In this document: positions 1 to 12,743 of the stretch, one piece after another | Position numbering within the stretch: the first letter of the stretch is position 1 | How the letters are laid out: every line of letters starts with the position of its first letter | Sequence record: CM022725.1 | Strand: one strand, 5' to 3' | DNA: 32,000 nucleotides | The notes under the pieces: generated by a model | Told to the model about the DNA's origin: nothing | What the model saw: only the letters and a program-made list of their open reading frames with translations | Database searches by the model: none | Program-made: the position numbers and the translations under genes

Positions 1-2437
<2,437 letters not shown>

Positions 2438-2598
2438 CTAATTGTTTATTAAATACTTCATTATAATAAAACGAATGAGATTCATTTTTTTTATAACGCG
2501 TTTTTCTACTATAACTATTTTACAAGATTTTGTTAAAGATCTACAAGTATATAAGGCAAATATTTTTAAATTATATTATTTATTGCTAGTGAGCGATT

Positions 2599-2626
2599 TT
2601 CTGGGTGAGATTGCTCTCACCCAGAA
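2599..2626 (-). terminator. Perfect 12-bp stem-loop downstream of psbT, a likely 3'-end stabilising inverted repeat
   Basis: ttctgggtgaga (2599-2610), loop ttgc, then tctcacccagaa (2615-2626). It is GC-rich relative to the flanking AT-rich spacer and lies about 30 nt past the psbT stop on the minus strand. Confidence 0.5.
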
Positions 2627-2657
2627 ACTTATTTAGTAACAAATGTTAAAAAAAAAG

Positions 2658-2753
2658 TTATTTTGCAATACGAGGTGGCTCACGGAAGAAAATCGCGAAG
2701 AAAATGATTCCGAGTGTTGCTACAAGTAAAAATGTGTAAACAATAGCTTCCAT
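2658..2753 (-). CDS. psbT: Photosystem II reaction centre protein T
   Basis: Hand translation of the minus strand gives [31 protein letters not shown] followed by a stop (31 aa). It sits immediately downstream of psbB, as in the conserved psbB-psbT pair. It is too short for the ORF track. Confidence 0.9.
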   Translation of the reverse strand: MEAIVYTFLLVATLGIIFFAIFFREPPRIAK

Positions 2754-2772
2754 AATATGTGACTCCTAGTTA

Positions 2773-4299
2773 TTAAACAGCTTGACGACGAGTTGTTACA
2801 TCACCAAGTTTTTGGAATGCACCGAACTCTACTTGCTCATCTAAGTCTGGATCAATACCAGCAAATACATCACGGAAAATTGTACGAGCTCCGTGCCAAA
2901 TGTGACCGAAGAAGAAGAGAAGAGCGAAACTTACGTGCGCGAAAGTAAACCATGCACGTGGGCTCGAACGGAATACACCATCTGACTGAAGTGTTGCACG
3001 GTCAAACTCGAAAACTTCTCCAAGTTGTGCACGGCGTGCATACTTCTTAACAGTAGCTGGGTCTGTGAAAGTTAATCCATCAAGTTCACCACCGTAGAAA
3101 GATACGTTTACTCCTACTTGCTCAATTGAGTACTTAGATTCAGCACGACGGAAAGGTACGTCTGCACGTACAACACCATCACCATCAATAAGAATTACTG
3201 GGAATGTCTCAAAGAAAGTTGGCATACGACGAACAAAAAGTTCACGACCATTCTTATCTGTAAATGTTGCGTGACCTAACCATCCTGCAGCAATACCATC
3301 TCCGTTATCCATTGGTCCTGAACGGAAAAGTCCACCCTTAGCTGGGTTGTTTCCAATGTAATCGTAGAAAGCAAGCTTCTCAGGAATACGTGACCATGCA
3401 TCAGAAAGTGATGCACCACCAGCTACGCTAGTTTGTACACGCTTTTCAATTTCTTGCTGGAAGAAACCTTGATCCCACTGGTAACGAGTTGGCCCGAAGA
3501 GTTCAATTGGAGTTGCAGCACATCCGTACCACATAGTTCCACCAACAACGAACGCTGCCCAGAATACTGCTGCAATTGAACTTGAGAGTACTGTTTCAAC
3601 GTTACCCATACGTAATGCCTTATAAAGACGCTGCGGTGGGCGAACACTTAAGTGGAAAAGTCCTGCAAGAATACCTACGATTCCTGCTGCAATGTGGTGT
3701 GAAGCAATTCCACCAGGGTTGTAAGGATCGAATCCTTCAGCTCCCCATGCCGGTGCAACTGGTTCCACTGCTCCTGTGAGTCCGTACGGGTCAGATACCC
3801 AAATACCAGGACCAAAAAGTCCAGTTACGTGGAATGCTCCAAAACCAAAACAAAGAACTCCAGAAAGGAAAAGGTGAATTCCGAAAATCTTCGGAAGGTC
3901 TAATGCCGGTTGCTGAGTACGTGGGTCACGGAAAAGCTCAAGATCCCAGAATACCCAGTGCCAAATAGCAGCAAGGAAAAGAAGTCCAGAAAGAACGATA
4001 TGTGAAGCAGCAACTCCCTCGTAAGACCAAAGTCCTGGGTTAGTTGTACTTTCACCACTAATTGTCCATCCACCCCAAGAGTTTGTTACTCCAAGACGTG
4101 TCATAAACGGAAGAACGAACATTCCTTGACGCCACATTGGGTTAAGTACTGGATCTGATGGATCAAATACTGCTAATTCGTATAACGCCATTGAACCTGC
4201 CCAACCAGATACTAATGCTGTGTGCATAAGGTGTACTGCAATTAAACGACCCGGGTCATTTAATACTACAGTGTGTACACGGTACCACGGTAATCCCAT
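2773..4299 (-). CDS. psbB: Photosystem II CP47 chlorophyll apoprotein
   Basis: The 508-aa translation is canonical CP47 ([42 protein letters not shown]...). Confidence 0.97.
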   Translation of the reverse strand: MGLPWYRVHTVVLNDPGRLIAVHLMHTALVSGWAGSMALYELAVFDPSDPVLNPMWRQGMFVLPFMTRLGVTNSWGGWTISGESTTNPGLWSYEGVAASHIVLSGLLFLAAIWHWVFWDLELFRDPRTQQPALDLPKIFGIHLFLSGVLCFGFGAFHVTGLFGPGIWVSDPYGLTGAVEPVAPAWGAEGFDPYNPGGIASHHIAAGIVGILAGLFHLSVRPPQRLYKALRMGNVETVLSSSIAAVFWAAFVVGGTMWYGCAATPIELFGPTRYQWDQGFFQQEIEKRVQTSVAGGASLSDAWSRIPEKLAFYDYIGNNPAKGGLFRSGPMDNGDGIAAGWLGHATFTDKNGRELFVRRMPTFFETFPVILIDGDGVVRADVPFRRAESKYSIEQVGVNVSFYGGELDGLTFTDPATVKKYARRAQLGEVFEFDRATLQSDGVFRSSPRAWFTFAHVSFALLFFFGHIWHGARTIFRDVFAGIDPDLDEQVEFGAFQKLGDVTTRRQAV

Positions 4300-4346
4300 A
4301 AGCTACCTCTTTACATAATATTAATTTCACTGACTTTCTAATTATA

Positions 4347-4374
4347 ATTATAGCATATTCTAAAGAATTCACAA
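4347..4374 (-). promoter_or_regulatory. Candidate sigma70/PEP-type promoter for psbB
   Basis: On the minus strand: TTGTGA (4374-4369), a 16-nt spacer ending in TGC, then TATAAT (4352-4347), followed directly by a second TATAAT (4346-4341). An AGAGG Shine-Dalgarno-like motif lies about 10 nt before the ATG. This is motif-only evidence in AT-rich DNA. Confidence 0.35.
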
Positions 4375-4393
4375 AAAAGAATAGGGAATAAAT

Positions 4394-4466
4394 TGGGCCT
4401 AGACGGACTCGAACCGCCGACATCCTCGGTGTAAACGAGGCGCTCTACCAACTGAGCTATAGACCC
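4394..4466 (-). tRNA. trnV: tRNA-Val (anticodon UAC)
   Basis: The reverse complement GGGTCTATAGCTCAGTTGGTAGAGCGCCTCGTTTACACCGAGGATGTCGGCGGTTCGAGTCCGTCTAGGCCCA folds as a cloverleaf. The anticodon loop is TTTACAC and the T-loop is GGTTCGAGTCC. Confidence 0.9.
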
Positions 4467-4526
4467 TTATGTGTATATATAATAAATCAAAGCACTTGAA
4501 GAATGCAATATGAAGTTTTAAAAATG

Positions 4527-4552
4527 AACTCTGTCAGAAAACTAACAGAGTT
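4527..4552 (-). terminator. Imperfect stem-loop downstream of rpl36
   Basis: aactctgtcag (4527-4537) pairs with ctaacagagtt (4542-4552) with one mismatch. It lies about 40 nt past the rpl36 stop. Confidence 0.3.
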
Positions 4553-4588
4553 AAAAGAACCAACGGAAATAAGGTTTAATAATACGCA

Positions 4589-4702
4589 TTATCCTTGACG
4601 CTGTTTATGCTTCGGATTAGTACAAATCACCATTACTTTCCCATGACGACGAATTACGCGACACTTAGAGCACATTTTTTTTACTGATGCACGAACTTTC
4701 AT
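4589..4702 (-). CDS. rpl36: Ribosomal protein L36
   Basis: [37 protein letters not shown] (37 aa) is the canonical L36 zinc-ribbon sequence. The ATG is at 4702. The longer ORF-track model (to 4813) runs through trnH and is rejected. Confidence 0.9.
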   Translation of the reverse strand: MKVRASVKKMCSKCRVIRRHGKVMVICTNPKHKQRQG

Positions 4703-4734
4703 AATATAAATAAAATTCTGAATGATGTATTCTG

Positions 4735-4807
4735 GGCGAACGACGGGGATCGAACCCGCGAGTGAAGGAGTCACAGTCCTTTGCCTTACCACTTGGCTAC
4801 GCCCGCC
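4735..4807 (-). tRNA. trnH: tRNA-His (anticodon GUG)
   Basis: The reverse complement GGCGGGCGTAGCCAAGTGGTAAGGCAAAGGACTGTGACTCCTTCACTCGCGGGTTCGATCCCCGTCGTTCGCC has anticodon loop CTGTGAC. It also has the His-specific extra 5' G (G-1) opposite C73. Confidence 0.9.
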
Positions 4808-4873
4808 AGACACTTAACTATACAATATCAAAGATACTAGAGTATGTCTAGATTTTTTAATAAAAACTTAAAA

Positions 4874-4945
4874 AGCGGGTGACGTGATTCGAACACGCAA
4901 CGTCCAACTTGGAAGGATGGCACTCTACCATTGAGTTACACCCGC
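4874..4945 (-). tRNA. trnG: tRNA-Gly (anticodon UCC)
   Basis: The reverse complement GCGGGTGTAACTCAATGGTAGAGTGCCATCCTTCCAAGTTGGACGTTGCGTGTTCGAATCACGTCACCCGCT has anticodon loop CTTCCAA. There is one T-T mismatch in the anticodon stem. Overall it is similar to plastid trnG-UCC. Confidence 0.85.
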
Positions 4946-4980
4946 TTGCTCATATAATAATAAACCCAACCTTATTTGTC

Positions 4981-5320
4981 TAGAGGTTCCCGAAAAAAAT
5001 AAAGAATAAGCCGAATTCTGTTTATGTGGTTATTTATCTGGAAATTTCATTACTGAAATTTTCTAGCAAGATCTAAATTCAAAGAAATGAAATTCGAATT
5101 TTTACTTTTGCTCTCAATAAGGGTCTACCGAAAATACTTTTCACAAAGATATTTTATAATTGCACCTTTGATTTATTAGAAAATATAATAAAAAAGTTTA
5201 GTTTCTGTGGCACTTTCCTCACACAAATACATGTGCACTTAATATTCTTAAGTTATTTATCATCTCTTGAGAGTTCGGACTTTCCTCAAAAATAGAAATA
5301 TATTTTTGCAACCACTCTTT
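4981..5320 (-). ncRNA. rnpB: RNase P RNA, bacterial/cyanobacterial type A (boundaries approximate)
   Basis: Minus-strand motifs that match the RNase P core:
- GAGGAAAGTCCGAACTC (5287-5271), the CR-I / P4 5' strand.
- GAGGAAAGTGCCACAGAAAC (5220-5201), the cyanobacterial-type AGUGCCACAGAAA core.
- GGTAGACCC..GAGAGCAAAAGTAAA (5129-5101), compare GGUAAAC.C....GAGCAAGGCCAAAUAGG.
- ACAGAATTCGGCTTAT (5021-5006), the CR-V / P4 3' strand.
P4 pairs AAG-U-CCGAA with TTCGGCTT, retaining the conserved bulged U and showing compensatory GG>AA and CC>TT changes relative to E. coli. A P3 hairpin is formed by aaaaata/tattttt (5307-5288). The terminal AGAG-GGTT / AACCTCT pairing closes P1. Confidence 0.75.
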
Positions 5321-5327
5321 ATTCGTA

Positions 5328-5401
5328 TGGCGGGAACAGGATTTGAACCTGTGACCTTAAGATTATGAGCCTTACAAGCTACCAGACTGCTCTATCCCGC
5401 T
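5328..5401 (-). tRNA. trnfM: tRNA-Met (anticodon CAU), initiator type
   Basis: The reverse complement AGCGGGATAGAGCAGTCTGGTAGCTTGTAAGGCTCATAATCTTAAGGTCACAGGTTCAAATCCTGTTCCCGCCA is very similar to plastid trnfM. Positions 1:72 are unpaired (A-C), which is an initiator hallmark. Confidence 0.85.
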
Positions 5402-5439
5402 ATTCATCAGTATAGCGGAAAACAGCAGTCAGCAAAACT

Positions 5440-7071
5440 TTATTTCGATACGCGCTCGCTAACAGCTGGAGCGTAAAGACTAGTCTGTAAGGCTTTTTGA
5501 GCTTCAACTCGACGTTTAAATGCTTCTGGGTTAGGACGTGGCGTTACTTTATCTAAATTACGTGCTTCCCAAAGACGTTTAAACACATCTGGCTGATAAA
5601 AATTAACTGGGTCATTCGCAAGAAATTCCACATTAGCTTGGAATTGTTCATTACGCTTTTCTAATTGTTCCGATGGAGAAAGATTTTCACTCATCATTTC
5701 AGGAGCAGTCTTAATGAATGGGTAATGCCACGGTAAACGTGCTTCAGCAGGAAGTTTATGAAGTTTTGCATATGAAGCTTCAACATATTTCCCATTACCA
5801 AGGTTTAAATCATTAAACGACCATTTACGTCCACGAACAAATTCACGCATTTCTTGTAATCCAACTTGACCAGAAGATGGTACACCAGTTTGGTCTTGGT
5901 CTTGAAGTGCTTTTTCCATAGCTGTCGGATTAGTAATATAATCAACTTCACTTTCCCAATTCCCGCTATGTGGTAAGAATAAACGTTGTTCTCGTAATGA
6001 ACCTTCAGAAATAAGCTTGTCATCCATTTCTGTACGAATTTTACGTAATGTAAGTAAAAAGTCTTTACTTTCTTGCTGTTCCCATTTCGGAAGCATGTAT
6101 AAATGAAATGGAATTAAACGGGCTTTGTTTGTTGCTTGGTTAATACCACGGAATTCATGGAAAGTAAGCTCTTCATTGTAATCAACATTAGGTAATTCAC
6201 GTTCGCGAGTTTGGTTACACTCTTCGTAGCGTGATTCTGTATTCCACATCGGTTGATTTTGAATTTGGCTGCTAGGCCATTGCTCATACATAATCCCAGA
6301 TTTATTCGTTGACTTTGCACTTTGACGTTTCTCAATACCCTCTCCAGTCCCCGAATCTAACCAAACATACCCACGTGTACGGTGATGTTTTAATTGTTCA
6401 AATGGTGTGTATGCAAGTAAACTATCAAAATGATAAATCACTAAGGCTTCAGGTGTACAGTTTAAAAATTGTACAAAAACTGCCGCAGTCATCGCCACTG
6501 CAACACGACGAATACGGTAACGATTTAATGTTTGTTGTGCACCAAATCCAGAATAGGCTTTACCGAAAATACGATGTCCAATTGTTGACCAGAAAATAAA
6601 AATAACTGATGTATACGCAATCGTAAACGCAATAAGGTAAAAATAACGATTTCCTGGAATTGAACTAAGGAGTGTTTGACTTCCTTCTAAATGTCCTGGG
6701 TTACAAAACATTAATCCAAAATTTACAAGAAAATAGTAAAAACCTTCTTTTTTATCAACTAAAGGGACTGGGGTTGTTTGGAGACTTGAAGGTTGTTCTA
6801 CCCAACAATCAAGTGCACAACGTAATACTGCTAATGTTCCAAGAATAATTAAAGCTGGTTCAAAATAGTACCATACCCATAATACTTGGCTCCAGCCGAA
6901 AAATGTTAATGTTAAAAGTGTCACTTGACCCGCGATTGTTCCCGCTACAGCAAGTTGGCCTTTTTCTTTCCCTTCTAAGAGGTATCGTTTAAGGGCTACA
7001 AACCATGGAGCAACCGGTACAATTCCATACACGAGCCCATGGAGTAATCCTAAAGTAAGTGAATTTTCCAT
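5440..7071 (-). CDS. ycf1: Ycf1/Tic214-like membrane protein (short form, 543 aa)
   Basis: The N-terminal roughly 210 aa is polytopic and hydrophobic. It contains the Ycf1 N-terminal signature pattern GL..G......P......R...EG.EKG..A..G.I.GQ (GLLHGLVYGIVPVAPWFVALKRYLLEGKEKGQLAVAGTIAGQV). The C-terminal half is hydrophilic, charged and poorly conserved, as is typical for Ycf1. Confidence 0.65.
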   Translation of the reverse strand: MENSLTLGLLHGLVYGIVPVAPWFVALKRYLLEGKEKGQLAVAGTIAGQVTLLTLTFFGWSQVLWVWYYFEPALIILGTLAVLRCALDCWVEQPSSLQTTPVPLVDKKEGFYYFLVNFGLMFCNPGHLEGSQTLLSSIPGNRYFYLIAFTIAYTSVIFIFWSTIGHRIFGKAYSGFGAQQTLNRYRIRRVAVAMTAAVFVQFLNCTPEALVIYHFDSLLAYTPFEQLKHHRTRGYVWLDSGTGEGIEKRQSAKSTNKSGIMYEQWPSSQIQNQPMWNTESRYEECNQTRERELPNVDYNEELTFHEFRGINQATNKARLIPFHLYMLPKWEQQESKDFLLTLRKIRTEMDDKLISEGSLREQRLFLPHSGNWESEVDYITNPTAMEKALQDQDQTGVPSSGQVGLQEMREFVRGRKWSFNDLNLGNGKYVEASYAKLHKLPAEARLPWHYPFIKTAPEMMSENLSPSEQLEKRNEQFQANVEFLANDPVNFYQPDVFKRLWEARNLDKVTPRPNPEAFKRRVEAQKALQTSLYAPAVSERVSK

Positions 7072-7258
7072 AGTTTTTCTTCTTGTTAATTACGAGTAAG
7101 GTTACTGTTCACGAGGAAAATGCTTTCGCTTGAATGTAATCTCACTTCTGCTTTGTTACATACTTTACCATTTTATAGAAATGGAGTCTATCTTCTCTTT
7201 TATTTATTTCAAAGAATATTTGAATAACAGCATCATATCACTGTTATCCAAATATAAA

Positions 7259-7477
7259 TTATTCTGCACTGTTTGATTTTGAACCAAAACCTTGTGCTTC
7301 ATCGTCCCAGTTTTCTGAAACTGGTGCGGGTGGGTAGTAAAATCCTTTAGATTTACGCGTTGTTAAAGACTTTCCTAAAGAAAGTGCAGTACGAGCCGCG
7401 TCAAGAGCTTTACGCTTCCAGGTTGCTGAGCGCATTCCTGACTGTGCGTTTGATTGTCGTCGCTTTGGAACTGCCAT
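7259..7477 (-). CDS. rpl32: Ribosomal protein L32
   Basis: The MAVPKRRQSNAQSGMRSATWK... N-terminus is the conserved L32 motif (MAVPKKR.S). The product is 72 aa. Confidence 0.9.
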   Translation of the reverse strand: MAVPKRRQSNAQSGMRSATWKRKALDAARTALSLGKSLTTRKSKGFYYPPAPVSENWDDEAQGFGSKSNSAE

Positions 7478-7677
7478 AGAACGTTCTCACTAATATATTT
7501 AATATACTAATTATACTAACATTTTTAAATTTGTCTATCTTAAACAAAATTTAGTTCGTTTTGGGTTTTATTTTATGGTACTATAGTACATGTCAACATC
7601 CCGTATATATACTATTTTATACGGTTCGTGTCGAGAAATTAAAAATTTGTTATTTATAAACTGGAGTACAGTTTCTT

Positions 7678-8280
7678 ATGCCAATTGGAGTACCAAAAGT
7701 AGCTTATCGTTTACCAGGTGAAGCTACTCCACAATGGGTGGATTTATACAACCGTTTATATCGTGAACGTGTTTTATTTTTAGGTTCAGGACTTGATGAT
7801 GAATTAGCAAACCAGTTAAACGGGATTATGCTTTATTTAAGTGCTGAAGATTCAAGTCGTTCATTATTTTTATATATTAACTCCCCGGGTGGTTCTGTAA
7901 CAGCTGGTCTCTCGGTGTTTGATATTATGAATTATGTACAAGCTTCTGTCACAACAATTGGGATTGGTTTTGCTGCTTCTATGGCATCATTTATCCTTGC
8001 TGGTGGTGAGCGTGGAAGTCGTATTGCTCTCCCACATTGTCGAGTTATGATTCACCAACCACAAGGTGGTATGGAAGGACAAGCTTCGGAAGTTGTTCTT
8101 GAAAAAGAAGAGATTGTACGCCTTCGTCGTTTAATTGGACGATTATATGTTGATTTAACTGGACAAAGTTTATCAACTATCGCTAACGATTTAGACCGTG
8201 ATAAATATTTATCTGCGCGTGAAGCGCGTGACTATGGTTTAGTAGATTTAGTAGCTTCTACTGAAAATTCGGGTATGTAA
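7678..8280 (+). CDS. clpP: ATP-dependent Clp protease proteolytic subunit
   Basis: The 200-aa translation contains conserved ClpP blocks (MPIGVPKV..., [31 protein letters not shown]). It has no introns or insertion. Confidence 0.95.
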   Translation: MPIGVPKVAYRLPGEATPQWVDLYNRLYRERVLFLGSGLDDELANQLNGIMLYLSAEDSSRSLFLYINSPGGSVTAGLSVFDIMNYVQASVTTIGIGFAASMASFILAGGERGSRIALPHCRVMIHQPQGGMEGQASEVVLEKEEIVRLRRLIGRLYVDLTGQSLSTIANDLDRDKYLSAREARDYGLVDLVASTENSGM

Positions 8281-8292
8281 TTTTATTATTTT

Positions 8293-8328
8293 AATAATGG
8301 AATACAGCAAAATCTGTATTCCATTATT
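8293..8328. terminator. Perfect 15-bp stem-loop between convergent clpP and atpE
   Basis: aataatggaatacag (8293-8307), loop caaaat, then ctgtattccattatt (8314-8328). It is positioned to serve the 3' ends of both convergent genes. Confidence 0.5.
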
Positions 8329-8378
8329 TTGGTTTCTTTTCTCTAGTTATAGAGAGTCTTTTAAATATAATTTAAAAA

Positions 8379-8807
8379 TTAGCTTCCAAATACAGGTGCA
8401 CCACCTGCTGAGTTTTTCCACATTTTTGCTGCTGCAACACGTGCTGTTTCACGATCAAACTTTAATTGGTTCTCAATGTAACCTTTTTTAGAATCTGATT
8501 TAGTCATAGCTTCTTTTGCTGTTGCTGCAAGTCGCTCTGCTTCTTCTAAGTTAATGTCTGATGCTTCTTCAATGTCACGACAAAGAATGTTTACGCGATT
8601 TTCTTTAATTACACCAAAACCACCTAAAAGTGCGAGGAAACGCCAAGTTGTTCCTTGTCGAATCGCAAGAACTCCGTTGTCTAATCCTGTTACTAATGGT
8701 GCGTGTTCTTCAAGAATTCCAACATATCCCGTGTTTGTTGGGAGAAGTAACTCTTGTGCTTCTTCTTTAAAGAAGATTCGGTCCGGTTTTACAATACAAA
8801 CTTCCAT
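8379..8807 (-). CDS. atpE: ATP synthase CF1 epsilon subunit
   Basis: The 142-aa translation has the epsilon-subunit pattern (...LLLPTNTGYVGILEEHAPLVTGLDNGVLAIR...). It lies directly downstream of atpB (66-nt spacer, not overlapping). Confidence 0.9.
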   Translation of the reverse strand: MEVCIVKPDRIFFKEEAQELLLPTNTGYVGILEEHAPLVTGLDNGVLAIRQGTTWRFLALLGGFGVIKENRVNILCRDIEEASDINLEEAERLAATAKEAMTKSDSKKGYIENQLKFDRETARVAAAKMWKNSAGGAPVFGS

Positions 8808-8873
8808 GTTTTACCTCTTACAAATTTTTATAGTTTACTTTAGTGTTCAGTAGTTTTACTGAATATTAGTAAA

Positions 8874-10331
<1,458 letters not shown>

Positions 10332-10503
10332 CTAAAAATAGTATTTTGGATAAGTTCTAGTTACTTAAACAAAATTTAAATTAAATATTTTTTGTTCAAT
10401 AAAATAAGTGTAAAGAAATAATTTAATTAATTACAACTCTATAAAAATTTAAGAGACCTTCGACGCAAATTTGAATTTGAGCCGAAGTTGTTGTTTGTTC
10501 ACT

Positions 10504-10524
10504 AATTAATCATAGAGATTAATT
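10504..10524 (-). terminator. Short AT-rich stem-loop downstream of psaC
   Basis: aattaatc (10504-10511), loop ataga, then gattaatt (10517-10524). It lies about 16 nt past the psaC stop. It is weak because it consists only of A/T-rich pairs. Confidence 0.25.
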
Positions 10525-10539
10525 GAGTCATACAAAAAT

Positions 10540-10803
<264 letters not shown>

Positions 10804-10906
10804 TTAATAAAAATTGAGATATAGAGACTGTTTTGTGACAGCTAAATGAATAAAAGATATTCGTTAAGATTATATCATACTTTTTGTGAATTATTTATAA
10901 ATAAAT

Positions 10907-10978
10907 TGGGTCAGGTGGGATTCGAACCCACGGCTAATCGGTTAAAAGCCGAATACTCTACCACTGAGTTACTGACCC
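10907..10978 (-). tRNA. trnK: tRNA-Lys (anticodon UUU), intronless
   Basis: The reverse complement GGGTCAGTAACTCAGTGGTAGAGTATTCGGCTTTTAACCGATTAGCCGTGGGTTCGAATCCCACCTGACCCA has anticodon loop CTTTTAA. There is no group II intron or matK. Confidence 0.9.
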
Positions 10979-11037
10979 AGATTTTTAATCTGTGGTTATA
11001 ATAACGTCTTTAAGATAAGATTACAATTTTATTTTTT

Positions 11038-11063
11038 ATTGGGATTAGTAAACTAATCCCAAT
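11038..11063 (-). terminator. Stem-loop downstream of petB
   Basis: ttgggattag / ctaatcccaa form an inverted repeat around a short central loop, about 30 nt past the petB stop. Confidence 0.4.
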
Positions 11064-11092
11064 ATGATTTTAAGAATCTTTAGTGAAATTCA

Positions 11093-11785
<693 letters not shown>

Positions 11786-11853
11786 TTAATTAATACAGAA
11801 AAATTGTATTAATACACAATTGGGCAAATATTTACTAAACAAAATTTTTAAAA

Positions 11854-11878
11854 CTGGGCGACAATTACGTTCGCCCAG
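11854..11878 (-). terminator. GC-rich 8-bp stem-loop downstream of psbJ (end of the psbEFLJ unit)
   Basis: ctgggcga (11854-11861), 9-nt loop, then tcgcccag (11871-11878). It lies about 30 nt past the psbJ stop. Confidence 0.45.
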
Positions 11879-11907
11879 AGTTTTATACATGGAACTTTTG
11901 CTTTAAC

Positions 11908-12033
11908 TTAAAGTGAAGATCCAAGTCCTACGTATGAACCGTAGAAAAAGATAGTTAAAAGACCAAGTGCTGCGAGGCCTCCTACTACCCCTACGAACCA
12001 TAATGGGATTCGTCCTGTTGTTGTGTTAGACAT
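11908..12033 (-). CDS. psbJ: Photosystem II protein J
   Basis: Hand translation gives [41 protein letters not shown] followed by a stop (41 aa), the canonical PsbJ. Confidence 0.9.
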   Translation of the reverse strand: MSNTTTGRIPLWFVGVVGGLAALGLLTIFFYGSYVGLGSSL

Positions 12034-12056
12034 AAATGTTTTCTCGACAAATCAGA

Positions 12057-12173
12057 TTAGTTAAAAATGTAGCTTGAAAAAAGAACTGCAAGTACAAAAA
12101 TGAGAAGTAAACCCCAGTAAAGACTAGTACGGTTTAACTCTACAGTTTGCTTGTTTGGGTTTGGGTTTGTCAT
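12057..12173 (-). CDS. psbL: Photosystem II protein L
   Basis: Hand translation gives [38 protein letters not shown] followed by a stop (38 aa), the canonical PsbL. Confidence 0.92.
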   Translation of the reverse strand: MTNPNPNKQTVELNRTSLYWGLLLIFVLAVLFSSYIFN

Positions 12174-12188
12174 ACAATTTTCTCCTAA

Positions 12189-12305
12189 TTAACGCTGAAT
12201 AAATTGCATTGCTGTGATTGCACCAAGGAAGAACACTGTTGGTACAGCTAAAGCGTGTACTGCAAGCCAACGGAATGTAAAAATTGGATATGTTTTAACT
12301 GACAT
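12189..12305 (-). CDS. psbF: Cytochrome b559 beta subunit
   Basis: Hand translation gives [38 protein letters not shown] followed by a stop (38 aa). The haem-ligand His context RWLAVH is conserved. Confidence 0.92.
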   Translation of the reverse strand: MSVKTYPIFTFRWLAVHALAVPTVFFLGAITAMQFIQR

Positions 12306-12422
12306 AAAAATAAAAAGGCTAAATTAGCTGCATCAGGGTTAACTGATGCATTTCTGTCAATTTACTCAATGTGTATATTTAATCTTTGAAAGATATAAAT
12401 ATAGATTTATGAAATAAATTTT

Positions 12423-12671
12423 TTAGTTTGGTACGAACTCATCAAGTTGAGCAAGTGCACCATAACGATCTGAAATTAAAGGAAGCTCTTGACGCTCTTC
12501 CGTAAAATACTCGTTTGGACGTGGTGTTCCAAATACGTCGTATGCTAAACCAGTACTTACAAAAAGCCATCCTGCAATAAAGAGTGATGGAATTGTAACA
12601 CTGTGAATTACCCAGTAACGGATACTAGTAACGATGTCACTAAAAGGACGTTCTCCTGTAGAACCTGACAT
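12423..12671 (-). CDS. psbE: Cytochrome b559 alpha subunit
   Basis: The 82-aa translation [56 protein letters not shown]... is canonical PsbE. Confidence 0.95.
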   Translation of the reverse strand: MSGSTGERPFSDIVTSIRYWVIHSVTIPSLFIAGWLFVSTGLAYDVFGTPRPNEYFTEERQELPLISDRYGALAQLDEFVPN

Positions 12672-12743
12672 ATGAAATCCTCAACATTTCTTTGAAAGCT
12701 CTCGTCTAGTAATGAAGAATTACTATCCACGATGCTCGTTTAT

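Noticed and set aside
2442-2636. 64-aa ORF in the psbD-psbT spacer
   Set aside because: It is an AT-rich spacer ORF with an implausible I/F/K/L-rich product. It runs through the psbT 3' hairpin, and the region is better explained as a psbD promoter/5' UTR plus the psbT 3' element.
3423-3779. ORFs at 3423-3647 (-) and 3576-3779 (+) within psbB
   Set aside because: These are alternative-frame or antisense shadows of psbB.
4703-4813. Upstream part of the 74-aa ORF containing rpl36
   Set aside because: This part overlaps the trnH-GUG gene (4735-4807). L36 is universally about 37 aa and starts at MKVRASV.
5090-5101. Perfect 12-bp palindromes aaattcgaattt (5090-5101) and tgtattaataca (about 11804-11815)
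   Set aside because: Short A/T-rich palindromes are expected by chance at this base composition. The first lies inside rnpB. There is no supporting evidence for protein-binding or recombination sites.
5087-5176. Short + strand ORF MKFEFLLLLSIRVYRKYFSQRYFIIAPLIY in the trnG-trnfM spacer
   Set aside because: It resembles no small plastid protein. The region is explained on the opposite strand by rnpB.
5805-6599. ORFs at 5805-6023 (-), 6114-6335 (-) and 6309-6599 (+) inside the ycf1-like gene
   Set aside because: These are alternative-frame or antisense ORFs in an AT-rich gene, with no recognisable motifs.
8297-8491. 64-aa + strand ORF after clpP
   Set aside because: It starts inside the clpP/atpE inverted repeat and runs antisense into atpE. 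Its product is not recognisable.
10867-10890. Possible psaC promoter (TTCACA ... TGATATAAT on the minus strand)
   Set aside because: The spacer between the -35-like and -10 hexamers is only about 11 nt. Only an extended -10 remains, which is too weak to report as a feature.
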